Source: Octopus bimaculoides
Lineage: Eukaryota
Length of the DNA: 64,000 nucleotides
Assembly (NCBI RefSeq): GCF_001194135.2
Contig: NC_068988.1
Location: forward strand, 13,152,269 to 13,216,268
Direction of reading: 5' to 3'
Positions 53,780 through 64,000 of this stretch are shown here, piece after piece. Within the stretch, counting starts at the first letter, position 1. Each line of letters starts with the position of its first letter. The translations under genes were made by a program, and so were the position numbers. The notes under the pieces were generated by a model. That model was not told where the DNA came from and searched no databases. It was given only the letters and a program-made list of their open reading frames with translations.

Positions 53780-55100
53780 AGCAGAATCCTACATTCAAAT
53801 TGTAACGTCACACCCGGCCAACTCTCTTGACCATAATTCCCATGACAGACGTGATTTTTTTTCTTCTTCTTTATACTTCTACATTCAAAATAGCTGTTTA
53901 CTCCTTAGACCCCTCCCAGCCGCGCGCGCGCGCGCGTGTATGTACACACTTATTTTATTTTCTCTATCATATAGGTCATTTCATAGTTTATCGATACCAA
54001 TATTTTTCACCCTGCTGTTATGTTTTCTATAAAACTATCAACACAATTATTGATGTTAACGACGCATTAAGAATTACCATTGCGACGCGCCACCTGTTGA
54101 TGTTAACATATTAAATACTAGAGTCGAAGCAGATTACTTAAACGATTAATATATTCTAAATCACTATACATATTTTCGGTTTCTTTTGACTTACGATATT
54201 GTAGACATACATTTTATCACCTTACACCTACACAGGGTGAAATGCGAAGTTGAGTTGAGGCTACGCTTCTGTTCAGAAACGTACGTCGACCCTGTAAAGC
54301 CCCTTATCCCGTTGGTTACCGGAAGCACAAAACCTCCATCGAAATATACATTACTTATATTAGAAATTGCTCTGATAACATTTATGCTGCTCTCGAGTAG
54401 CAACCCTAAAAATATTGCTAATTACTTGTCGTGTTTTAAAACAATAGTTTAACAAGTATTTTTGACAGCTAAATTTTAGTAAAGCCAAAAAAACCGATGA
54501 TGTATTTTTAGACTTTATCAGGAAATCTGATTGTGATTTTTGTTGTTGCTTCGCCTCAGGTCAGCCTTGATAGAACAGATCTCTAATCAGTCATTCCAGC
54601 CGTGACCTTCTCACCCTGCGTTACATTGTCTGATATTTTCCTCTTTCTTTTCTAACTAAGACGGTGGAAAGTAATTTAAACGAGATTAGGTTACTGTTTC
54701 TCTTAAAATCGAACAATTGTATAGAGATTCCCTTGGTAGTTGGTTTTGATTGTTAAATCGAGTGAATTCAGTAACAGTTACAAGTGTCGAAAACTTCGTT
54801 GTTTTTTTTTTTTTAGCCTTTTTTTTCCGTTCAAGTAAAATTAAATAATCAATTCCCCCTCGTGAAGAATTCTAATTTCATTGAATATATCAGATTCTTT
54901 TTCTTTTCCTGTACGTTATCGAAGGCAAATTTAGCTGAAATAAAAAAATCAATTTTTTTCTTCTCGATCATGTGCTATTCAGGGGAGGTAACTCTTGCCA
55001 TTCCGTATTTCTCATCAATTGACGCATTAATTTTTTAAAAACAGAGAAGAAAATTTACTCTTATGTATTTGTTTTGCAAGATTCTTGATGTGGAATCGTG
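53780..55100. promoter_or_regulatory. CpG-rich promoter-like island
   Basis: Sharp local CpG excess in an otherwise CpG-poor window. Motifs: (CG)8 at 53921-53936, CCCCTCCC, TATCGATA at 53989-53996, an ETS-type CCGGAAG near 54318, CRE-like AACGTCA and TGACGCA, and a minus-strand donor GTAAGT at 54194-54189. Confidence 0.6.
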
Positions 55101-55212
55101 TGTTGGAACAGGTATTGTTATATGTGGGGATTGTCAACTTTTTCCAAATACACAAACGCACTATTTATTTAATCTTCATTTTAGCTTATATTATTATAAT
55201 TAGTAGTAAGAC

Positions 55213-55542
55213 CAGTGGTTCTCATCTGGGGTCCATATGGCCCCTGAGGGTCTATATAATATTTTAAGGGGTCCACCTAACAAAATAGTAAATTAGGGAT
55301 CCACAATAGTATTTTAAGGTCCCCTGAAAAAATTTTGTTTTAGATGTATGTATTGCAAGGTTTCTTTCTCTGACATTTTACATAGTTCAACCACAAGTTA
55401 ATGTAAGGAGAATGAAATAGGAATTTAGAAAGAAGTTTCTATAAAACTAGTTTTTAAACATTGAATGGCTATAGGGACACCAGAATAAAATAGTAACCAA
55501 ATGGGTCCATAGATAAAAAAAAAAAATGGTTGAGAATCCCTA
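55213..55542. mobile_element. hAT MITE
   Basis: TIRs CAGTGGTTCTCA and TAGGGATTCTCA (reverse complement). Degenerate 8-bp TSD AGTAAGAC / AGTTAGAT (6/8). Confidence 0.75.
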
Positions 55543-55559
55543 AGTTAGATCATCATAGA

Positions 55560-56165
55560 GAATGGGATCTGTACAGGAGTAAATCTTAGAATAGCTTAGA
55601 AAGAATTAAAAGGAGGTAGATAAGGCCAGCTCATAGTATGACAATCGAAAATACCAGAGTGTCACATTCACCAATACTACCCCTGGCATATCAGTTTAGG
55701 AAAACTTTAGATGAGATTAATCTACAGATTAAAGTCGTAGAAAGGCCAAGGTTCCCATAAAATCCCTGATCTGTAGAACATACACATTTGAAAGAAACCC
55801 CTCTACTAATAGAAACTGTATAGTGTGCCAAGTAAACCCACAGATAAACTGGAAAACTAGGAATGTAGCCTATAGTATAAGGTGTATAGAAGGATGTTGC
55901 TGAAACAGGACAATGACATGCATTGAAGAGACACCATGTAGCATAGGTGTGTGGATAAGTGAACACTGGCAGGAACTCCAAGGAAGCGAAAAGATCATCA
56001 GTGCTCTACCAACATGCTCAATTAGAACATGGAAGCTCAGTTGATAACATAGATGTTAGGATCTTATCTACATATAGAACAGACACACTCAGATCATGGA
56101 GGCCACATGCATAATATAAGATAGACCAAGACTCAGTAGCAAATGTGAATGGAGTAATAACACTC
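55560..56165 (+). mobile_element. Penelope-like element remnant (RT thumb end + GIY-YIG endonuclease)
   Basis: RNCIVCQ...TRNVAYSIRCIEGCC*...CIEET...ISEHW...SVLYQHAQLEH...DVRILST...IMEATCI...P.LSSKCEW. This matches the PLE GIY-YIG pattern NV.Y.I.C..C...YIGET...EH...H...H...EA..I...LN.K.EW, with stops and frameshifts. Confidence 0.8.
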
Positions 56166-58689
56166 CTCTCTCCACACTAGGCAATCTGATGATGAAAGAC
56201 TGAAAGTGGGGGAAAAATCAATGAATAAAAGACACCAGTACAAACTGTAATATACAAATCCAGATACACACACAAGACACACATGTACTAGAGACAGAAT
56301 GAGAAAAAATAAATAAAGAAAAGACACAGGTATAAACAGTGTAATATACAAACCCATATACATGCACACAACACACCCATATTAAACACAAACACACACA
56401 CACACAAATACAGACCTACATGCATGTGCAGATAGGGATACATGCCACAGAAAAGCAAAATGGTATAGGCAGGATGAGAGAAGATACACAGGATAGAAAA
56501 TCACTGAAGAGGTCACAGAATATGTGATGAAAAACTCTGACAAATAAACTAATAATAATAATTATAAAACTAAAGTGAAGATCAAATAAATAGTGCATAT
56601 GTTTAATTGGCAAAAGATGACCATCTCCAAATATAACAATAAACTTTCTCTGATCTATAAGATGGGGAAAATGTGATGTTGTGAAGTTCAGGCAGTATAA
56701 ATGATAGGAAATTGCTTCAATCTGAAATCAAAGACAAGTCACCAGTTCATGTAGGGATTTCATACATTAGTAGAAATGTAGATGTTTGAGTCAATTTTGA
56801 AGGGTTAAAGGTTAAAGTCCACCTGAGCAGAATTTGAGCTCAAATTAGACTAAATACTTTAAAGAATTTATTCTGTTGTTTCTACCCTCCATGGCCTACA
56901 TTAATGAATTAATATTGATCACCAGATAAAGTAGTTTTGGACAGAAATGGTAGAGTGATTGACTGAATGCCTTTTTGTTTTGTGGTCTTAGTTCACTGGT
57001 CATAAGAGTAAGGTCTCCCACCAACAGAATGACATAGTCTTTCATATTGGAATAAGGTATATTTCTCTGCTTGTGTCTTTCAGTACATCAAGAAATAATC
57101 CCACCTTAATTTAGTGTAGTTAGGGAAGGAAGATACACATTATCAGTAATTAATAGATACTCTCTATATTTTCAGTGGCATGCACTTACATATTAAACAA
57201 AATGTTTTATTGATATCACTGAAACAAATAGGCAACATTGCAAGGTGGACAGATTGCAAGTGGAGAAGGGAAAAAGAGTAAAAGGAAAACTGGGACTCAC
57301 ATAAGCTCAGAAAGAGATGGATGATGAAAAATAAGTAGACTGTCATCGGTTATATCATATCAGTTGTTAAATAATGTACTTAAGGAGTAGAAATTCACAT
57401 TAACTATTCAGTATTTTCTTGTTATTTAATAAATATTTTGTTATTCAGAACATATAAGCTAATAAAGTATCAGTAGTTTTATTGATTTTTTCTGTTTTTT
57501 TTGTTAACTTGCAATTAGCAATAGGATCCGTTCAAAACTTAATTAAAATACAGCTTTTACCAAGTATACTAGAGGATATATTTTATGATTATAAAGTAAT
57601 TAAAGTAGTTTTGAACTATACAGTATAGTAGATCTCATGTTTCTAACTACTGAGTAAAAATGTACTTTTAACACAGTACCAGAAAGGTACAATTTCTAAT
57701 TAGCTATGATCATTAACCATTGACAAGAATTTTACAAATATTGACTCTGTGTTGTTAGGTTCCTTTAAGCAAAATTCTTTTCTACTCTAGGCACAACGCC
57801 CAAAATTTTGGAGGAGGGGGCCAGTCAATTAGATTGACCCTCAGTATGCAACTGGAACTTAATTTATTGACCCCCAAAAGGATGAAAGGCAAAGTTGACT
57901 TCAGCGGAATTTGAACTCAGAATGTAAAGACATTTTAAGCAAAATTCTGACTTTTTACAGAATCATCCAGTTAGTGAGAATACTGAAATATTTTCTAAAT
58001 TAGAGCAGAAGTACAAAGGAAGCCAAAATGTTTTGGAGTTTTGAGGTCATAATCTAAAAGAAATGTTTGGTTGGATTATATTCATCTCTGCAAATTATGG
58101 CAATAATTTCCAATATTTCTGTGACTCTATCACCCTATGGGTTATACTCCTAACTGCTATCTACAATACTCTAGACTCTCACAGCACCTCGGTTGGAAAC
58201 CACTACTTTGTAGAAAGAATTAGTGAAATTTTCCAGGAAATTCAAAAACTTTGTGTTTGTGTGTGGAGGCCGGACAGCATTCATAAACTTTTGAAATGCT
58301 TTATGATTGGTGATGTTGTTGGAGGACTTAAGGCAAAAAGGGAATTACATAAAAATTCAGTCTTGACAAAGAACTGCTCATGGTCTTGTCTCATTGATTT
58401 ATGATATATAATGAATGATAGATTAACAGCCAGTCCCTCAAATAGTAGAGACAGATTTAGTAAACATATATAAAAATTATACAGATGTTTTCTCATAAGT
58501 TGTATTAGTTTAATTTTTTTAATTATTATCTGTAGCTTGAAATCTTTATCTTTACATGTGTAAATATGTATTAATATCTATCTCATACTTTTTGACAACA
58601 GAGGCTGTTTTTCAAGTTCAAGAATTTCAGTTTCTCTTTCTTAAAGTAACTGTCAGCAGAAAGAAATGCCAGTCGCATGAGATTTGTTT

Positions 58690-59000
58690 ATGATAGATCT
58701 CAACTTGCCAAGGAGTGACCCACATGCTATGGTTTCAAGATCATTCTTTCTGGCACATGTAGAATGAGACCAGCAGCATCATTGGGCTACCACTGGCTCA
58801 GTTTTAGTCTTGAATGCATCTTCTTAGCCAGTCCATCAGATATTGCCCTAGTCTGCCAGTCTGCTCACTCTGCTGTTGTGAGTCATGAAGAGGGAGTACT
58901 CATGAGTTGACCAAATTGGAGTACCACACTCTTGACAGCATCTACCCTCGGAGTCATTGGACCATGCAAATCCTCCACCATTTTCAGCAGCCCTCATGCA
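58690..59000 (-). mobile_element. Possible hAT transposase remnant
   Basis: Minus pieces PRVDAVKSVVLQF and TRAISDGLAKKM resemble the hAT R..AV..L and A.GL.KKM regions. Very decayed. Confidence 0.3.
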
Positions 59001-59289
59001 TTGATAAAATAAATAATCATTTGCATGACGTTATATGATCAATAATATACCATCAGTGGGTAATCAACCTCACTGACCTGAACTTTTACTAGAAAGTATG
59101 GTACCTGTTGCTAACAACTAACTGCACCGAAATAATGTAGAATAAAATGCTTTCTTCTAGAAAGGTATTAAAACAATAGCAGTAGATTCACGAGCAGGTT
59201 GACCTGTTTCCTAGCTACTGAACCATTTTGTCTCTTCCATGTTATTGTGTGTGGTGTGCATATATGTAAATATGCTCACATACACACAC

Positions 59290-59322
<33 letters not shown>

Positions 59323-59711
59323 TGAGCATACACACACACACATTTACTCATGTGTATGAATGTATAATCAGGAGGGGATGTTTAGAAGCAAATTTAGATG
59401 AGAGTGAGTCATTTAGGGCAGAATTTGTTCATTCATTTTTACACGTATCTCCATGTTAGCATGGGTTAGATGAATGTTATTAAAGCATTGTTTTAGAATC
59501 AGATGCCCTTCCTATCACTAACCCTTACATGCTTTACAAATGAAGGATATTTTATTTCACATATTTTCAGAGGCAAGAAACAAGCATTTTTTTTTTTGAC
59601 AAAAGTGACAACACATTACTTGTAGCTTATACCTTTCAAAGAGCACAAATGTAAACACACACACACACACACACACGCACGCACGCACGCAATCACGCAC
59701 GCACGTGCGTA

Positions 59712-59876
59712 CATTGGGCTTCTTTCAGCTTCCATCCACCAAATTAACTTACAAGGTTTTGGCTGGCCTGAAACTCTAATAGGAGCTCGCCCGATGTGCC
59801 ACATAGTGGGACTGAACTCAATATTATGTGGTTAGAAAGTGAACTTTTCTTAACCACCCACAGCCATACCTGCACC
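59712..59876 (-). mobile_element. SINE family A copy
   Basis: GGGCTTCTTTCAGCTTCCATCCACCAAA...AGTGGGACTGAACTC...CAGCCATACCTGCACC. Another copy lies at about 63778-63995 (+). Confidence 0.75.
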
Positions 59877-60388
59877 TACTTTTGCAGTTGTATGAAAAAT
59901 TGTAAATGTTAACACGAAAATGATTGTGAAGCCAAAGGTTTGATTAAATCTCTGTGCATGTCATGTTTGTCCCTTGATGGATTTTTCTTGATATTTAATT
60001 ACAATTTATTCATTATGACACTTAAACTGAGAATGCTGGGAGTGGATGTATCTGTTGGAACAAATTAACATTAAACATTTATAGATATCTGATATTTAGT
60101 TCATAGAACAGTTGGTTTTTTTTTTTCTCATTTTGTTTTTTTTTTCTCTCTCTCTTTGGTGGGGAATGGCTTAATTAGTGGTTTGTAGGAGAGGGTTTCT
60201 CATCATTCCATTTGTAAGTATATAAAGCTACCCACTGAGTAATGTACAGAAGGAACTTCTCTCTCCTTATGGTTTCCTTTTATAATACACTCCTTTCTGT
60301 CTTTACTTTCCTTTCACATTTTATATTACCTGCTTCAGTGGTTTTTATTTTTGATATCTGAATGTTGTCTTAAGTATTTGCTTATGTT

Positions 60389-60440
<52 letters not shown>

Positions 60441-60806
60441 TGTTTTGTTCTTTCCCTCCTCTCCCTCTCATTCAGTTCAGTGATTTCCATTACATTTTAT
60501 GAAGACTATTTAACAGGAAATATTGATATGTTAATTTGTTTTTTTCATCCTTATCAAAGGTTGCTCCTGAACAATAGGTGATTTAGCTAAGACTTTCTTT
60601 CCTAAGTCTATAGCAGATTGTGATTATAAACATTACAGCTTCAATGAATTGTTCTTGGTTTTTGCCATTTTCATAACACCTCAGATTCTAATGTCCTTGA
60701 GAGAAGCCTAATTGTTACACAAGGTCATTCTCTTCCCTGAATAAATCTGAGGTCTTGTGCACACATAATATATAATACACAGTTTCAATTGCATGTGTGT
60801 ATATGT

Positions 60807-60807
<1 letters not shown>

Positions 60808-60853
<46 letters not shown>

Positions 60854-60995
60854 TTAACGTTCATCTTCCATGCTGGCATGGGTTGGAAGGTTTGACAGGA
60901 GCTGGCAAGCCAGTAGATGGCATCAAACTGCATTTTCTATTTTGGCATGCTTTTTACGGCTGGATGCTTTTCATAATGCCAACTACTTTACAGAA
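60808..60995 (-). repeat. RTE-tail repeat with a long (GAT)n tail
   Basis: (TCA)n at 60808-60853 followed by TTTAACGTTCATCTTCCATGCTGGCATGGGTTGG. Confidence 0.75.
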
Positions 60996-61018
60996 TAATG
61001 TATTTATATATATGTATA

Positions 61019-61887
61019 CGAGGGGGAACACAAAAGAAACCAGAATTTTCCAATGTTATTTTATTCACTTAGTTTTACATGTTTACACTTTTATCACCTT
61101 CGAAGTATTCTCTATTTAAAGCAATGCAATGCTTCCAGGTGCATTTTCCACTATTTGAAGCAGTGCTGGAACTCGTGTGAAGTGACACCTTTTAACACCT
61201 CCGTCATTTTTTTCTTCATCTCTTCCACATCTGCAGATTCCATAGCACCAGCTTTTGTCACCAGTGATGACCTTTCGAAAAAAAGGCCTGGATCAACTTC
61301 CAACTGTTCTTTCAGTTCACAACACGCATTCAGTCATGACTGCTTTTGATCTTCCGTGAGCAAGCAAGACACAAATTTTGCTGCAATGCTTTTCATTCAC
61401 AATTCCTTGCTCAAAATTCGTTGGCAGTCATATCAACAAGTTCATCAATTGTTCAGTGATGGTCCTCCAAGATCAATTCATGGATTTCCATGATGTTTTC
61501 ATTCATTTGGGAGGTCAACAGTCGTCCTGAATGAAGTTGGTCCTCAAACGACAAGTGACCATTCCTAAAGCATGAAAATCACTCGTAAACTTGTGTTTTG
61601 CTCACGGCAGTGTCCTTGTAAAGTGTTTGAAGCATGGCAAGTGTTTTGGCCACCATTTTCCCCAGTAGAAATCAGCATTTCACAGAAGCACACTGTTCCT
61701 TTGTTTCAACCATCGCAAAAATTAATGAACAAAGACATGCCACATGGCAGTACAACCTCATTCAACAATGCCAGTCAGCAGACTGATGCCTGAGGGTTGC
61801 ATCAAGTGGCTTCTAGCAGTGGAAGCCTGAACTACAATGGGCTTGTCCCACAGAGAATGTTTCCGGTCACTTCTGGGTACTCCCTCA
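61019..61887 (-). mobile_element. Internally deleted mariner (DD34D-type) transposon with both TIRs
   Basis: TA|CGAGGGGGAACACAAAAGAAACCAGAA and TA|TGAGGGAGTACCCAGAAGTGACCGGAA. Translation MVETKEQ...LLGK...KTQVYE*F..FRNG...ED..HSGR...KFV..LLTEDQKQ...VITGDKSWCYG is joined directly to the C-terminal ...FK*WK...CIALNREYFEGDK. The deletion is near 61238. Confidence 0.9.
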
Positions 61888-61897
61888 TATATGTGTA

Positions 61898-61954
<57 letters not shown>

Positions 61955-62027
61955 GTGTGTGTGTTTAGTTTCAATTAATTTGCAACAAATTATTTTAAAA
62001 ATGTATACATATTTGAAGATGTCATTT

Positions 62028-62246
62028 TGTTGTGTGGATGCCCCCAGGTGATAAGTAGGCTAGTCCAATATGTATAAATAGTAGACGTGATAGCTATTCG
62101 GAGAAGCATAGCATAGAGTGAGCCAGGGCTGTTGGTAGACTAGTCGTTGAGTTCTGTTAAGTCGAGTTGTCGGAAGTGAGAGTTCAGTAGTTGAGTAGAG
62201 GTACGTTATTGGCGAAAGGCACACCATCCGAACATGCGATATAACA
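62028..62246 (+). mobile_element. Solo LTR, 219 bp
   Basis: TGTTGTGT...ATATAACA termini, perfect 5-bp TSD CATTT (62023-62027 and 62247-62251), TATAAATA at 62073-62080, CpGs retained. Confidence 0.85.
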
Positions 62247-64000
62247 CATTTATGTCATCAAATTGGGGAACTGAAAACAATTACTGTGATACTGATATAT
62301 CCATAAAAATATCAAGAAATCAAATCCAGTGAGGGACTTGTTAGCAAGCTTCCATGAATCCCATAAATATATCAGGTTTTATTTACAGTTCGATATTGAA
62401 TGCTGTTTATATAAAATACGTTCCTCAACTTCATTTAACATAGCTGAAAATTTGCTGTCACTACAAATTAATAGTTATTATTTGGATGGGTATCCTTTAC
62501 CAAATATTCTGGGAAAAGATTAATAAGAAAAATAAATTTGATAATTATCTGGATCTTCTACAATGATTTTGTTCTGAAATTTTTAATCAGTATATAAAAC
62601 TTAAACTACCCATTAGTTGGTTTATTTTCACAAACCAAAATAATTTTATCAAATAGTCTCCCTTAAGGATATAAATATTATTTGCAAGAAACATTGTGTT
62701 AAATTTAAAAACCAAGATAAATTTTGATTGGTTTTTACAATATAAATGACAATATAGTAAATACTGTTCCAAGAATATAGTAATTATTGTCTTTGTATGT
62801 TACCTATGGGATGATAATAATAATAAAGAAATATTAACTCTGCTGATGTGTACATATATTTCACTCTCTTATTGCATATAATTTGATGTTAGTTATTCCC
62901 ATCACAACTAGTATGATTATAACTAAGTTATCCACTATCACATGTAAATAGTGTCGTTTGAAATTTAAGGCAATATTAATAAATTAGCTATCACTAAAAA
63001 CAAATCATTTCACTGAATTGCAGATATATTTCTAAGTAAAGAAGTATTCCCTGACAAATTTTTCAGAATATCAAAAATTCTCTTCAAGACAAACATTAGT
63101 TTTAATGGTATCAACATTTTACCTGTATTCCTAAATTTGGTACTGTTAAACTTCAAACAAACATTTAAGATATTTTTATTTTAGTATTCAGTCGGTGGTG
63201 GGAGGGTGACACCCATGATCCTTCATTTTTGGAGCCTTTCAAGATTGATGAAAGGAGAGGTGGATGTTATTTTCAAACTGGAGATTTGGCCTTGAATGGT
63301 TGCAAAAGAGTTAGACTCCTTTAAAGGTATCCTAGGACCATGTGGTGGTGTTAAAACAGAAAGTAGATTAAGTATAACACCTAAGAACACAACACTCAAA
63401 GAACTGAAATAAATACCACAAGGTATCTTGTCTGATGCTCTCAGAATTTTTCCAAACCATAACCTTCAACTGGTGCTTTGTTTTATTGACTCTGAAAGAA
63501 TAAAGGAAAAGCTGACTTCTTTGGGATTTGAACTCAGAAAATCCGAACATATCCCACAAAATATTTTGTCCTATTCTTTAACAATTCTGCCTATTTGTCA
63601 TCATGATGAGATCTAACATAAAAGTTTCTCCTTTTATACATATTCATAATTTGAGATTGAGTTGGTATCGATTCTTATTTATCAATTTCATCTATATTAC
63701 TTGTACTTATTTAATATATTCACATAGTAATTATTATTTACTATATAGTATTTATTTTTAATGTATATTTATTGTAGTAGGCAGACATAGCTTTGTGATA
63801 AGACATTTTATAACCATGTGGCTTTGTGTTGAGTCCTACTGCATGGCAGCTTAAGCAAGTGTCTCCTACTATAGTCCCAGATTGACCAAAGCCTCATGAA
63901 GAGATTTGGTTAGCAGAAACTAAATGTGTGTGTGTTTGTGTAGTCATTCATTCATGTCTCCTTGTCTTGACATTATGTGCAAGTTGTAAATCTAATGCCA

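Noticed and set aside
58063-58404. 113-aa ORF
   Set aside because: No recognisable domain, TTG/weak start context and no supporting splice structure.
60179-60213. Candidate exon reading WFVGEG, reminiscent of tubulin WYVGEG
   Set aside because: The similarity is six residues only, the flanks do not match tubulin, and no other tubulin exons are present.

Overview
This is 64 kb of AT-rich, gapped (7 N-runs), microsatellite-dense animal genomic DNA. The repeat families resemble octopus/coleoid cephalopod tRNA-derived SINEs and RTE LINEs, so the taxon is an inference from repeat recognition. I could not identify any intact host protein-coding gene; the ORF track is mostly microsatellite, gap or transposon noise. 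The window is intron-like or intergenic. It holds decayed RTE, CR1/Jockey-like and R4-like LINEs, a Penelope-like GIY-YIG remnant, two Tc1/mariner relics, several MITEs, a solo LTR with perfect TSDs, many SINEs, and a CpG-rich promoter-like island at about 53.8-55.1 kb. The main discovery is two minimal type I hammerhead-ribozyme motifs (11060-11095 on +, 48372-48418 on -). The second lies in a repeat with a tRNA-type B box and is capped by a 46-bp fold-back hairpin, which suggests a Penelope-dependent, possibly Pol III-driven retrozyme/SINE. Other leads are a candidate recursive splice site (27620/27621), a 27-bp repeat pair outside recognised repeats, and several candidate micro or 5'-UTR exons on the + strand. 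All translations and alignments were done by eye. Repeat boundaries are approximate unless a TSD or TIR is given.
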